A stretch of 60,484 nucleotides of DNA from a virus (lineage: Duplodnaviria; Caudoviricetes): the IMG/VR virus record IMGVR_UViG_3300009120_000002, positions 1 through 60,484 of that record. One strand, written 5' to 3'. The notes beneath the pieces are model-generated. The model saw only the letters and a program-made list of their open reading frames with translations. It was not told the origin of the DNA and searched no databases. The position numbers and the translations under genes are program-made. This document shows positions 10,485-20,216 of this stretch, piece after piece (positions within the stretch are counted from its first letter, which is position 1; each line of letters opens with the position of its first letter).

Positions 10485-10994
10485 TGTTCCATCCTGGCGA
10501 TCGGTGGAGGTGGCAACGAAACGCCCTCCTTGAGAGAGAGCGCCAACTCATCGAACATCCCCAGGAAAAGGCTCATGTAGTGGTTAGTATCCACCTTCTG
10601 GCCCTCAAGCCCCTGCTCGACCTTCTCGTAGAGCTTCCACATGGCATAATGCTCGAACATATCTGAAAACCCGTCTGGAAGAATGGTGTCCATATCGGTT
10701 GACGAGGTGATCGTGCTTGGGACACGCTGATACCGGAGTGTCAGCACCGTGGACGTCACCGGTCGCGGAGCGTAGTATAGGAGTGGCCTGACCGCAGCCA
10801 CCCCTTTAACCTGCGTGCCGGTTTCGGATAACCGGTGGTCGTAGTATCGGCTCAACTGGTCCTTGCTGTTGCACACCTCGATGACGTTCCGAGGCGTGCC
10901 GTCGCTGCAGTGGTAGAAGGACAGAATCTTCATCAAAGCTGTCATCCTGGACGACACCCAGCACGTACTCTGCAATATCTCCACCGGTGGCCAT
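10478..10994 (-). pseudogene. Putative head-tail adaptor, split across two frames near 10915-10925
   Basis: SD-led start MATGGDIAEYVLGVVQDDSFDEDSVL (10994 frame) becomes non-protein-like, while FYHCSDG...LLYYAPRP...LTLRYQ...HYAMWKLYE lies in another frame whose N-terminus has no SD. Confidence 0.55.
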
Positions 10995-11007
10995 TGGTTA
11001 TTCTCCC

Positions 11008-11232
11008 TTATGCAGGGTCTGTGGTTGAAACTTCGGCCCAGGCGGCCTCCATCTCATCCTTGGTGAGCTGGAATCCGCACAGCTTGGCGAGCACCTTCAT
11101 GTTGGGGAGACCGGCGGTGGTGAATGATCCTTCGTCCTTGCCGTCGAGCATGGCGACGATCGCGGCCTTGATGGCCTCGTGCTTCTGCTCGGCTGTGAGT
11201 GCACCGCCGTCGCTTCTCGATCGGAACTTCAT
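11008..11232 (-). CDS. Small hypothetical head-region protein
   Basis: 74 aa with AAAGGAGG SD. Confidence 0.65.
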   Translation of the reverse strand: MKFRSRSDGGALTAEQKHEAIKAAIVAMLDGKDEGSFTTAGLPNMKVLAKLCGFQLTKDEMEAAWAEVSTTDPA

Positions 11233-11259
11233 GAATGGATCCTCCTTTCAGTTGTTTAT

Positions 11260-11293
11260 GAAAACCGCCAGGGTGTTGAAGCCCTGGCGGTTC
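11260..11293 (-). terminator. Intrinsic terminator-like hairpin after the capsid/decoration genes
   Basis: AACCGCCAGGG-loop-CCCTGGCGGTT followed by T residues on the minus strand. Confidence 0.6.
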
Positions 11294-11313
11294 ACACCTA
11301 TGGGTTAAGTTGA

Positions 11314-11712
11314 TCAGGACTCGGTGACCTGGTGGCGGCCCAAGACGATGTACTCAATGACCACATACGCCTCCAGCAGGGTGCTGGTGCCGGTCGATGG
11401 CGTAGCGCCGATGACCTCACCGCCCATCGGAACGCTATTCCCGAGGCCTGCTGCGGCAACGACGGTCTTGCCTGTTGCTGCTACGGACGTAGCGGTGAGC
11501 ATGCCGTTCGGTGTCCCGGAGGTTCCGAGTGCCAAGGTTAGAGCTGCGCCGGATGCCACCTTGACCCCAAGGTAAGCCTGGAGCTTGATGTGGTTGGCCG
11601 GCAGTTTGATCAGCGGGATAAACGCGGTGGTGGTGAAGTCCGCAGAGGTGATCTTTGCGACCGCGAAAAGGGAGCTTTGGCGCCCTTCAAAGTTCACAGT
11701 GGTAAGAGGCAT
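11314..11712 (-). CDS. Putative capsid decoration/cement protein
   Basis: 132-aa Ala/Thr/Gly beta-rich ORF immediately after the major capsid gene; AGGAG SD. Confidence 0.6.
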   Translation of the reverse strand: MPLTTVNFEGRQSSLFAVAKITSADFTTTAFIPLIKLPANHIKLQAYLGVKVASGAALTLALGTSGTPNGMLTATSVAATGKTVVAAAGLGNSVPMGGEVIGATPSTGTSTLLEAYVVIEYIVLGRHQVTES

Positions 11713-11773
11713 GGTGTATCTCCTATAAAAAGGTGGTTATGTCTCCCCCGGATTGCTCCAGGGGAGATCAGGA

Positions 11774-12868
11774 TTACATCGGCAGGTGATGATCAACGGC
11801 GATGACGCCGAAATCCTCAACCGAGTTGTCTGCGTTCGAGAAGAACTTAGGCTTCAGGAAGCCGAACATCTTGTCGATGTTGATACCGGTCTGGCTGTTG
11901 TACTGGAAGGTCTTCTCATCCCACTCCGGAGTGCCAAGGTCGGCCATACCAAGAGCCTGGGCTCCACAGAACAGGGAGCGAGTACCCTCGATTGCGTTGC
12001 CGCCGCCCCACTTGGTTGCGGTGCCGGTGGTCGAGTACACCATGTTGTGCTCATGGATGACCACGCCGTCCAAGGTGACGGTTGCACCAGTGAAGAAGGG
12101 GTTGTCTTTGCCGCTCGGAGCTGCATTGATGACCGCGTTCTTGTAATCGGCATCATTCTTCAGCGATGCCAGGGTGCCAGGTTTGACCAGGAGCACATAA
12201 TACTCCTTGCCGCCACTCATCAACGGTTTGACGTAGTGGTCCTTGGCGTAGGCAACCAGGTTGGTGATCATCTTGTAGTTCGGCAGGTAACCGGTGGTGA
12301 TGCTGCCGGTGCTCGATGTTTGCAGGGCGGACCCGGTCCACATCAATGACCGCTTCGTGGATGGTGCCGATACCTGAGACGCGAACGCCAGGGTGTTGAA
12401 CGCGGTCGACGCACGAGTGGCGCCGTTGGTCATTTTGTCGTAGCCGATACCAGACAGGGTGAGGAATGCCAACTGATCGAGCCGATTGGCGAGCCAGTAT
12501 GCCAGCTTGTCCTTTGCGTGCTCGCGGAACTTGATGACCGTCTTTTGCTCGGACATCTTGCCCTTGTTCTTCACACCGTGAGAGATCATATCAATAGTGA
12601 TGATCTGCTCGTAGGACTGCATGTCCTCCTCCATGCCCTCGCGCTCGTTGTCACCAACGACGCCGTCGCCCATCAGGTCGGCGACCAGGAACATGATGCA
12701 CTGCTCACCTTTCTCGGTCTTGGTCAGTTCGGTAACCCGCTGGATCATGGCGTCTTCGCCAGTCCCAACGAATTTTTTGATAAACATCTTGTCACGGGCG
12801 GCTTGCCAAGTGTCGCGTGACCAGACGAGTTTTTGTTTGGTGGTCAATCCGGCGAAATTCGTTGCCAT
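11774..12868 (-). CDS. Major capsid protein (DUF4043/N4-gp56-like)
   Basis: Start reassigned to MATNFAGLT (GGAG SD). Motifs IQRVTELTKT..G, GDGVVGDN..EG.EE, DKLAYWLA.R.DQ..F and NP.F.GA; position after the scaffold gene. Confidence 0.85.
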   Translation of the reverse strand: MATNFAGLTTKQKLVWSRDTWQAARDKMFIKKFVGTGEDAMIQRVTELTKTEKGEQCIMFLVADLMGDGVVGDNEREGMEEDMQSYEQIITIDMISHGVKNKGKMSEQKTVIKFREHAKDKLAYWLANRLDQLAFLTLSGIGYDKMTNGATRASTAFNTLAFASQVSAPSTKRSLMWTGSALQTSSTGSITTGYLPNYKMITNLVAYAKDHYVKPLMSGGKEYYVLLVKPGTLASLKNDADYKNAVINAAPSGKDNPFFTGATVTLDGVVIHEHNMVYSTTGTATKWGGGNAIEGTRSLFCGAQALGMADLGTPEWDEKTFQYNSQTGINIDKMFGFLKPKFFSNADNSVEDFGVIAVDHHLPM

Positions 12869-13144
12869 GGGAAATCTCCATTCGTGTAGGAAAAAAGGGT
12901 TTGACGGTCGGACTCTCCGATCGTCGCTTCTCTGGTTTCCTTGGAATGTCGCTCCCAAGCTGCGAGTGCGGATGCTTACGGCACCGAGTCGGCCCCCTCT
13001 ATCGCAGGGTGGCATTACGAATGTTCGCCGGGGTATAGGTGGCTAACCTACCTCCTTTGGGAGAAATGGCCCGGGACAGGGAAGGAGGTTGGACCTGCCC
13101 CGGGCCAAGGTGCGATGGACAGTCGCACCCTTACTGTTGATATC

Positions 13145-14188
13145 CTAGAGGAAGTCGCCGCGCTCCCGTCGCTTCTCGTCTTCGCTCAATCTGCTGAAAG
13201 AGTCTTCGTCTAGTTTCGAGACATCAACCTTGGCCGGCCCTTTAGGACTGGCGCCAAGGTCCATTGGTGGCGGTTGTCGGTTCTGTGCATCGGCCGCCTT
13301 GCGGATAGCCGCTTCCTTTCGCTGGCGAATCACTCGCTGCTGCGGGGTTTCACCCCCGTCTTGATCCTGGCCGCCAACGTCAACGTCTCCAGCCTTGACC
13401 AGTCCAACCTCAGCCACGGCTTCCTTCAGGGCTGAGATGCGGTCCATACCCTCTGACTGCAGGAGGTTGGCAAACACCATGACCTTTCTGTGTTCTCTGC
13501 TCTTGGGGTCGTTGAGGATCGGGAAGTCGGTGACCAACTGCTTGACGAACGAGGTGACTTTATGTTGCTCCTGCTGCTGCTGCTCCTCTGCCCGCTCCCT
13601 GGCCCGCTCTTCCTTGTTGATATTCCGCAACAGGGTGGCCGCCTCTCTAGTTTCTCCGGCATCGACCAGCTCCTGGTACTCGACATACTTTGCATCGAGA
13701 TCCCAGGCGGCATGTTCGGTTTGCACTTGAGCCGCCCCACCGGTTTCCTCCTGTTGCTTGAACGGGGTGATACCGGTCTTCAGGTCTTCAATGGTGATTT
13801 CTCGGTTGGCAACAGCCTTGGCAACCGCAGCGGCGCCACCGAAATCTCGGACAATCGACGGGTCGATGCTTCCGTCAACCAGACCGTCGGCGATAGCGGT
13901 GGCCGCTGACTTTGCCCGGGAGACCTCTCCAAGGCGAGACGCAGGAATCTTTCCATCTCCAGTGTCGCTGCCTTCTCCAGGATCCCCTGAAGCATCCTTG
14001 TCTCCCTGCTGGCCAGCTTCTCCGGCGTCTCCACGAACATCTTCGTCAGCCTGTAACTCGGGGTCGACAAAATCGTCTCCACGGTCCTCGTCTCCTGCGT
14101 TGCCATCTGCTCCGTCGCCTGCAGAGTCATCGTCGTCGATGTGCAGTTCTTCCTGCTCTTCAAGCTCGTCTTTCAATTCGGCTGGCAT
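13145..14188 (-). CDS. Capsid scaffolding protein
   Basis: Very acidic N-terminus, coiled middle, C-terminal EDEKRRERGDFL; lies between portal and capsid; AGGAGG SD. Confidence 0.7.
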   Translation of the reverse strand: MPAELKDELEEQEELHIDDDDSAGDGADGNAGDEDRGDDFVDPELQADEDVRGDAGEAGQQGDKDASGDPGEGSDTGDGKIPASRLGEVSRAKSAATAIADGLVDGSIDPSIVRDFGGAAAVAKAVANREITIEDLKTGITPFKQQEETGGAAQVQTEHAAWDLDAKYVEYQELVDAGETREAATLLRNINKEERARERAEEQQQQEQHKVTSFVKQLVTDFPILNDPKSREHRKVMVFANLLQSEGMDRISALKEAVAEVGLVKAGDVDVGGQDQDGGETPQQRVIRQRKEAAIRKAADAQNRQPPPMDLGASPKGPAKVDVSKLDEDSFSRLSEDEKRRERGDFL

Positions 14189-14496
14189 GGTTCAAGTTCC
14201 TCCTTTGTGAATGTGTTTTCGTCGCCGGCAATGTCCCGAACAAAGCGCCGGCGGATTGTCTTGACGGACTCCTCGTCGAGGTTGCCAATCATCTGGCGGG
14301 CCTCTTCTTTCGCTGAGAGCCGTTTCAGGTAATTGCCATTGTCAGCAGGCGAAAGCATGTGCACGGTGGCAGACACCATAGCTCCGTGCACCTCTGTGAC
14401 GTATTGGATGGCCGGTCCAAGATCTGCGTCGTCGATCAACAGAACAAGGAGCTGTTCTCCTGCAGGAAGAGGGTAAAGCGCTGCAAACTCACCCAT
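14173..14496 (-). CDS. Hypothetical protein
   Basis: Start MGEFAALY with GGAGG SD; overlaps both neighbours. Confidence 0.55.
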   Translation of the reverse strand: MGEFAALYPLPAGEQLLVLLIDDADLGPAIQYVTEVHGAMVSATVHMLSPADNGNYLKRLSAKEEARQMIGNLDEESVKTIRRRFVRDIAGDENTFTKEELEPCQPN

Positions 14497-14695
14497 GGCC
14501 TTCCTCCTCCAGCTTCTCGACCATTGGCATAATCCCGTGCTCATGCAAACAGCTCCCACACAGTACGGAAGCGTGCGGGTTGTCGACGGTGGTCTGTTCT
14601 CTCCGCGCTTCTGGCGGGCAGTTGCCCAAGACGAAGCACCGTTCGCAATAGAGAATCATCTCGGGGATCTCGACGGGCTCCTTAGTGGCGCTCAT
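14489..14695 (-). CDS. Small Zn-ribbon-like protein
   Basis: CERC and CGSC pairs; coupled to neighbours. Confidence 0.55.
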   Translation of the reverse strand: MSATKEPVEIPEMILYCERCFVLGNCPPEARREQTTVDNPHASVLCGSCLHEHGIMPMVEKLEEEGHG

Positions 14696-14841
14696 ACCTT
14701 CACCTCTGCGTAGGCGGTGCCTGGCCAGAGCACTCGGCCAGCATGAAAACCGTCGAACGCGGTCAGCAGCTCGTCAATCGACAAATCGGACAGATTGCCG
14801 TGTTCAACAATCCATCCATCTTCAGCTTTCTCTTTCATCAT
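14692..14841 (-). CDS. Small hypothetical protein (49 aa)
   Basis: My translation MMKEKAEDGW...AEVKV; GGAGG SD; ATGA overlap with the next gene. Confidence 0.45.
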   Translation of the reverse strand: MMKEKAEDGWIVEHGNLSDLSIDELLTAFDGFHAGRVLWPGTAYAEVKV

Positions 14842-14852
14842 CTCCTCCCTCT

Positions 14853-17054
14853 TCAATCGATGATTGGTGTTTCGATCCCAGCCTTGGCCCCGTCCGGACC
14901 GCTGGTGTCTGGTGCGCCACCGGCAAGCGACATACCCGCGTCAACGGGAGCTGGCGCCGTTGGTGGCTGAACCTGGTCAATGGGCATTCCGCCCAACTGT
15001 GCCACGGCCCCAGGATCCACCGGTTGCTGTGGTAATCCTTCCGTACTAGGGATGATCGGCGCCGCGTCCTGGTCCTCGAACCCTGACGAGCGCAGCATCT
15101 GGTCTGCGAGAGGCGCCAGCAAGGGACTGGTGGCCAGCACGCCGGCAGCCTGCACTGCGCTGTACTGTGCATCAACGCCGACGTTGACCATCTCGTTTTT
15201 AACCTTGCCAACCTGTGCCCGCTTGAGCTCGGCGGCAGCAACCAGGTCGTCTGCCTTGGCCTGTGCAACCGGATCTGCCTGCTGTACCTGCTCGGACATA
15301 GCCTTGGCGATCTGGTGCTTCTTGGTGAGCGAGGACATCTCGATTACCGCAGAGTCAGGAATGGCCACGCCCTTGGCCCGCATCTCCATGGCCTGCTGGA
15401 ACTGATTGTCTTGGAAGGTGGCCTGGGTCGGTTGATCGGTCACGATGATGCTGTACTCGCCAACGGTCAGGTCGTTGAGCACGGTCCCATCCGGCTGCAC
15501 GTCGTTGACAACGACAGGGACGCTCTTGATATCTGCGATATCTGATGTGTCAGTGATCATCATCACCCGGCGGGCTGTGTAGAAATCCTGCACCAGCTCC
15601 ATGATCTTGCTGGCTGCCATGTACCGGGTCCGGGCCAGGTTATCTAAAGGCCCGCCCATCTGGGTCTGCCCCATGTACTGCTTGGTTGCTATCGCTTCAC
15701 CGCTCACCTCGCGGCCATTGAGCCCCTGCAGCGCGTCCGATATCCCCGTGATCGTCTTGATCGAGTATTCGCACCGGTCCATCAGGCGGTCGTGACCTTC
15801 AGGGAGCCGATTCGGATCGATCTTCTTGACCTCTTTCCCGGCAACCTTTTCGATGACCAAGCCGGTCTGGCTGCCATAGTCGGCAAGCTGCGCGATGGTC
15901 ATGTTGATCAGGGCGCCTTGATCGACCACCCACCCACTGTTTGCCGTGGTGTTGATGATGTGCACCGTGGCGCTTTTGAGCTTGTTGTAGGCAATCTGCG
16001 GGCTGATGGCGTTATCCACCATGCCGCGACTGCGACCGCGCCGGAAGTACGGGAAATACGGAACGATGGTGTATGTCCGGTATGGGCTCCAATCGTCGTG
16101 CAGCAAGGTGTCAGATGTTGTGACGGTCCACCGGATACGCGGCAGGAAGCGCTTGCTCTTAATCGCACCGTTGGCAACGGCTGCCTGCTCCTGCTCGGGA
16201 CTCATGCCGATAGCGGTAATGACATCGCCGGTCGGGTACACGTAGCAGGGCTGCATGATCATCTGGCGCCATTGCCGGTCTACAACCAGCACGCGCTTGA
16301 CGCCCTTCTCGTCGGTCGTCTCACCCATGGTAGACAGTGCGCCTTCCTGGGCGAATCCTTCGGCGTCCTCCAGCTCGGCATCCATATCGCCACGGTATGT
16401 GCCACCATGGACTAGCTCGGCCTCGTTGGCCTTCGCCTCGCCGTATAGCTCGGCAATCCTGTCTATTGTTAGCCATCGCAACACAATGATATCGGACCAG
16501 CCTGCATCCTTATCGTTAGGGTCGTAGCCGCTGGCGTCCGGATCCGGGATCACATGCAACGGGTTGATTGCGCTGCAGGTGATGTCGCCGTTGATATTGG
16601 AGTTGAAGTCCACCTTGAACTCCAGGTAACCCCGACGCTGGATCATGCCATCGTCAAACACCTGGGTCTCTTTCCACCGGTACTGGATATCGTCGCAGAG
16701 CTGCATGACGATCTTCGACAGGGTTTCGGCGGTCTGCTCGCTGGTCCCTTCCTTGGCAGGCCGGAAAGCGATATCGACACGACTCTGAAGCTGCAGGCCC
16801 TTGGCGGTGTTGACTGCGGGGAAGATGTGGTTGTCTTCCATGGCCGGGCGACCAATCAGCTTGAGATAAGCAAGATCCTCATCGGACCACTGCAGGCCGG
16901 CGCCAAGATAGAAGTTCTCGCACTCCCTGGCCCGGTTGATATAGCTGTAATGGCCACGATCTTTGCCGTACTGGTAGCGGTCCCAATTCCTGGAGACGAC
17001 CGCCTGGTCGGATTCCTTGGTCCTGCTCTTGTCGATCACGCCTTGCTTGGCCAT
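14853..17054 (-). CDS. Portal protein (P22-like podovirus type)
   Basis: 733 aa after terL. FY.G..QWS, RP....N.I...V, DPDA, SG.AI motifs and a Gln/Ala/Pro tail; AAGGAG SD. Confidence 0.85.
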   Translation of the reverse strand: MAKQGVIDKSRTKESDQAVVSRNWDRYQYGKDRGHYSYINRARECENFYLGAGLQWSDEDLAYLKLIGRPAMEDNHIFPAVNTAKGLQLQSRVDIAFRPAKEGTSEQTAETLSKIVMQLCDDIQYRWKETQVFDDGMIQRRGYLEFKVDFNSNINGDITCSAINPLHVIPDPDASGYDPNDKDAGWSDIIVLRWLTIDRIAELYGEAKANEAELVHGGTYRGDMDAELEDAEGFAQEGALSTMGETTDEKGVKRVLVVDRQWRQMIMQPCYVYPTGDVITAIGMSPEQEQAAVANGAIKSKRFLPRIRWTVTTSDTLLHDDWSPYRTYTIVPYFPYFRRGRSRGMVDNAISPQIAYNKLKSATVHIINTTANSGWVVDQGALINMTIAQLADYGSQTGLVIEKVAGKEVKKIDPNRLPEGHDRLMDRCEYSIKTITGISDALQGLNGREVSGEAIATKQYMGQTQMGGPLDNLARTRYMAASKIMELVQDFYTARRVMMITDTSDIADIKSVPVVVNDVQPDGTVLNDLTVGEYSIIVTDQPTQATFQDNQFQQAMEMRAKGVAIPDSAVIEMSSLTKKHQIAKAMSEQVQQADPVAQAKADDLVAAAELKRAQVGKVKNEMVNVGVDAQYSAVQAAGVLATSPLLAPLADQMLRSSGFEDQDAAPIIPSTEGLPQQPVDPGAVAQLGGMPIDQVQPPTAPAPVDAGMSLAGGAPDTSGPDGAKAGIETPIID

Positions 17055-17063
17055 AATGCTCCT

Positions 17064-18632
17064 TTACGCTGATCCCAGGCCGGCCGGCCGCATGCCGCGG
17101 TTGATACCACCAGCCATCGATAGGCGTTCGCGCCATGATTTCTTTGGCTCTCGCACCCGGGCGACAGGGAAGACAGCCGACATATCAGGGTGGAGGATGT
17201 TGGCCAGGTCGTCGAGCATGTCGTCGTGGATGCACACAGGGAACGCGGTGTACTCGTTGTCCAGGAACACCTGGACCAGGTTCTCTCGCTTCCCTTCCTT
17301 GTTGGTCTTCAAAATGGTCCTGGGGAACCAAAAGCGCCCCTGCTCGAACTTGGGTTGTAACCGCTTGATGCGTTCTTCCTTGCTGACCCTGCCACCGAGT
17401 GGGGTGATAGAGAACCTGTAGGTTCTGCGGTCCATGGCTTCCTCGATATGCTGCACATCGGCCTGGATGCCATATTGCTCGTACCCGACACCATCAGGTA
17501 AGTAATCGCGGTGCAGGTCGAAGAGCGCTTCGGTGCGCTCGGCGAGGTTCAACCGGTCGCGGATGCAGTCGAGCACGTAATAATTCCGGTCCTCCCCGAG
17601 ACCGACCACCCAGAAAACCGTGTAATCCGACCCTTTCTTCTTGCTGTTCGCTGGATCGACCAGGATGTACCGGTTAAGCATCTCCAGCGGTGGCTCGATC
17701 TCGTAGTAGCGCATCCACTCCAGGTCAAACGACTGATTGCTCTCGCTGGTTGGGTTTTGAAGCATCTGGCAGCCGTAGATGTATGGCCCCATGTCTCTGC
17801 GCTTCCTGGCGTTGGTCTCTTGGTCGAGGAACACCGGGCGGCCCGAGGCGGTGCCGTCTTCCGTGGCCGCGTATATCCTTGCCGTGGCGATCTCGTCCTT
17901 GATAACGGTCCGGTAGGTGTCCGAGAAGTGATACCGGGTGCCAATGAACCGGCGTCGGCCTCCATGTGCCCCGAGGTTGAACGACAGGCGCATGGCGTCG
18001 GTTGTCTTTTCAATCATATCTGGGCTTGTTACTGACTCCAGGGTAACGACATCATCGTAGATCAGTAGGGCGTAATGCTTACTGGTGGGCTGCCCGTCAA
18101 CGAGCCCGTGTGCCTCGATGGTGGCCTCTTTCGGGTTGCTGCTGCGCTTGACCGTGATTCCCTTGTCCTCGGACCATGCGTTGCCGGCGGCCGGGGCCTC
18201 TTTCTTCGGATCCGCGTAAAGCGACTCCGGGAAAAGGCGCTGCAGGAAGGTGTTGGTTTCCAGCTCGTATTTGATCTGGCGCAAGAAGGCCCGGGCAATG
18301 GGCTTCGTGTGGCTGAAAATCCCAATGGTGATCTCGGGATCCACCAGGATATCCTGGATCGTTTTGGCGAACGTGACGATCGTGCTCTTGTAGTGCTCCC
18401 TGGCCCACAGGTCCAAGTAACCATCCGGATCGGCCTGGACCTCTCGGCAACGGTCAAAGAGCCAGTCAGAATCACGCACATCTTTACGATTGAGCGCATA
18501 GGCGAGCAGGTAGAAAAGATCAGTCTTGCACAGCTCGCGGCACGCCAGGTCAACAGCCTCGACGCCACCATGGGCGTCTGCAGCTTGCAGGATCTCGGCG
18601 TATTGGCCTATGCGCTCAGTCCTGGTCATCAC
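17064..18632 (-). CDS. terL: Terminase large subunit
   Basis: Walker-A-like WAREHYKST, Walker-B LLIYDD, GTRY coupling motif, nuclease VDPA...SDYT and HDDMLD. Confidence 0.9.
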   Translation of the reverse strand: MMTRTERIGQYAEILQAADAHGGVEAVDLACRELCKTDLFYLLAYALNRKDVRDSDWLFDRCREVQADPDGYLDLWAREHYKSTIVTFAKTIQDILVDPEITIGIFSHTKPIARAFLRQIKYELETNTFLQRLFPESLYADPKKEAPAAGNAWSEDKGITVKRSSNPKEATIEAHGLVDGQPTSKHYALLIYDDVVTLESVTSPDMIEKTTDAMRLSFNLGAHGGRRRFIGTRYHFSDTYRTVIKDEIATARIYAATEDGTASGRPVFLDQETNARKRRDMGPYIYGCQMLQNPTSESNQSFDLEWMRYYEIEPPLEMLNRYILVDPANSKKKGSDYTVFWVVGLGEDRNYYVLDCIRDRLNLAERTEALFDLHRDYLPDGVGYEQYGIQADVQHIEEAMDRRTYRFSITPLGGRVSKEERIKRLQPKFEQGRFWFPRTILKTNKEGKRENLVQVFLDNEYTAFPVCIHDDMLDDLANILHPDMSAVFPVARVREPKKSWRERLSMAGGINRGMRPAGLGSA

Positions 18633-19162
18633 CGCTTGATCATCTCCACGACATGAGGGGGCAGCTCCTGGTACACGTTCTGCGTGACCTCTGGCTTCTT
18701 CTGTGCGTTATCGGCGCCGAACAGGCCGATGTGTTTACCGGCCTGTTCGAGCGCTGTTGTCTTGGGCCAGAATTTAATCTCAGCAACGTGCTCAACCTCA
18801 CCCTCGCCAATCTGCCTTGTTGAGACTTTGACGGAAGAGATGGCCGCTGCGGTGGCATCGTCGATCTCGTCCATGCGCTTGAGACGGTTACCATCGAACA
18901 ACCTGCGGATATCACTGAACGCCAGGCGAGCTATTTCAAGCACCACCCTGTCTTGGTCGACCTCTGTGCGCTTTGCCCGGTCTCCCATGCGTTTTGCGAC
19001 AAACTCCTGAATGTCAGCATTTGTCAGTAGCTTATGCCCGTTTCTACGGGCTGTTTCTTCCGAGCACCTGTAGCCGGCCCGCAGGTATGCCTGAGTGGCG
19101 TTAAGGTCCACCAGGTACTGGTCAACGAAGGCTTGTTGTTTGGGTGAGAGTGTTCCTGCCAT
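18629..19162 (-). CDS. terS: Terminase small subunit
   Basis: LSPKQQAFVDQYLVDLNATQAYLRAGY, IARLAFSD and ALEQAGKHIGLF motifs; start reassigned to MAGTLS. Confidence 0.9.
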   Translation of the reverse strand: MAGTLSPKQQAFVDQYLVDLNATQAYLRAGYRCSEETARRNGHKLLTNADIQEFVAKRMGDRAKRTEVDQDRVVLEIARLAFSDIRRLFDGNRLKRMDEIDDATAAAISSVKVSTRQIGEGEVEHVAEIKFWPKTTALEQAGKHIGLFGADNAQKKPEVTQNVYQELPPHVVEMIKR

Positions 19163-19325
19163 TTTCCCAAAAAAAAAGCCCGACCTGGATACATGCGCAG
19201 AAGGGATCACTCCCTGGTGCGTACATATCCAGATCGGGCGGTTGTCAAGCTCCGGGTGTTTAACCCGCGAGGGACTCACGAAACCAATCGGTTGAACCTT
19301 ACCTTAGATCACTGATGGTGCAAAG
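19163..19325 (-). promoter_or_regulatory. Late promoter with leader terminator (attenuator) 1
   Basis: TTGCAC-N16-TAAGGT, then a long hairpin GCCCG...AGGGAGTGATCCCT...CGGGC and T9 (19169-19239) ending just before the terS ATG. Confidence 0.65.
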
Positions 19326-19347
19326 TTTTTTTTCATTCAGCTCTTTT

Positions 19348-19397
19348 TTGCTTGATTATATATTTTGATTGTTTATTATTTAATCAACCTGTTGATT
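19348..19397 (+). promoter_or_regulatory. AT-rich divergent promoter with repeated TTGATT/AATCAA operator-like sites
   Basis: TTGATT at 19352, 19365 and 19392; palindrome AATCAAC-CT-GTTGATT at 19382-19397; TTGATT-N16-TATTAT. Confidence 0.55.
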
Positions 19398-19594
19398 TCT
19401 GACAGGGGCCGGGAAGATCAGAAAAAACCCCCGGACAGGAGGCGGGAAGGTGGCCGCCCACACCCCAGAACATGAGGGAATCGCAGCAGAGGCAACCGGC
19501 ACCAGCCGTCCCGCGTACAAAACACTCTCGTTTGTTTTCGACTTTGGGCACCGGATTGACCGGTGGTCGAACCAGAAAACAAAGGAGGTAAGTT

Positions 19595-19879
19595 ATGGAA
19601 AGAATACAGTTTAACACTGGACGTTGGTACAGCGAACATGGTCAACGGATCGTCGCGGTAAAGGCTCTTGGAAAGATTTACTTCAACGACATTGACCGGG
19701 GGATCTTGGGAATGTTCGACGCTGCGGATGATGTGTTTGGTCCGGTCGAGCTGAACAAGATCGTGGTGATGTCACGGTATGATCACAACAACCACTCGTT
19801 CCCGATGTTCAGAACCGACGAGGAGAAGGCGGTAGAGAAAGAGCTGTACACCTGGAATGAAAGCGAGGTGGCCAGATGA
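19595..19879 (+). CDS. Hypothetical protein (plus-strand early cluster)
   Basis: 94 aa, AAGGAGGT SD. Confidence 0.75.
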   Translation: MERIQFNTGRWYSEHGQRIVAVKALGKIYFNDIDRGILGMFDAADDVFGPVELNKIVVMSRYDHNNHSFPMFRTDEEKAVEKELYTWNESEVAR

Positions 19880-19992
19880 CCAACATGAAACTGCGAATCA
19901 TAATGTCCCTGGCCCGTGCATACGGGCTGGGGTTCGGCGAGTTGTCGATGTTGATCAGGATCACAACCAGGAAACAAGGGAGAGCATTATGA
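19876..19992 (+). CDS. Small hypothetical protein (38 aa)
   Basis: My translation MTNMKLRIIMSL...; ATGA overlaps at both ends. Confidence 0.4.
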   Translation: MTNMKLRIIMSLARAYGLGFGELSMLIRITTRKQGRAL

Positions 19993-20213
19993 AATACGCA
20001 TACAGCACAAGGCTATATGACGATGGAAGGATAATCTTCGGTGGTGTTATCGCGGTTGACGACACAGCCAAGAGCACCGAGGAGCGCAAGGATAGGTTCG
20101 ACGTTTACATTGATGTGTTTGACACCAGGGATGAGGCCTGTACCAGCCTGCGGTTGGCTAGAGACGAGGCTTACCCCGGGTTTTCAGAACAATTTCCAGA
20201 AGCAGGGAGGTGA
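19989..20213 (+). CDS. Hypothetical protein
   Basis: Start MKYAYSTRL with GGGAG SD; acidic. Confidence 0.65.
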   Translation: MKYAYSTRLYDDGRIIFGGVIAVDDTAKSTEERKDRFDVYIDVFDTRDEACTSLRLARDEAYPGFSEQFPEAGR

Positions 20214-20216
20214 ATT

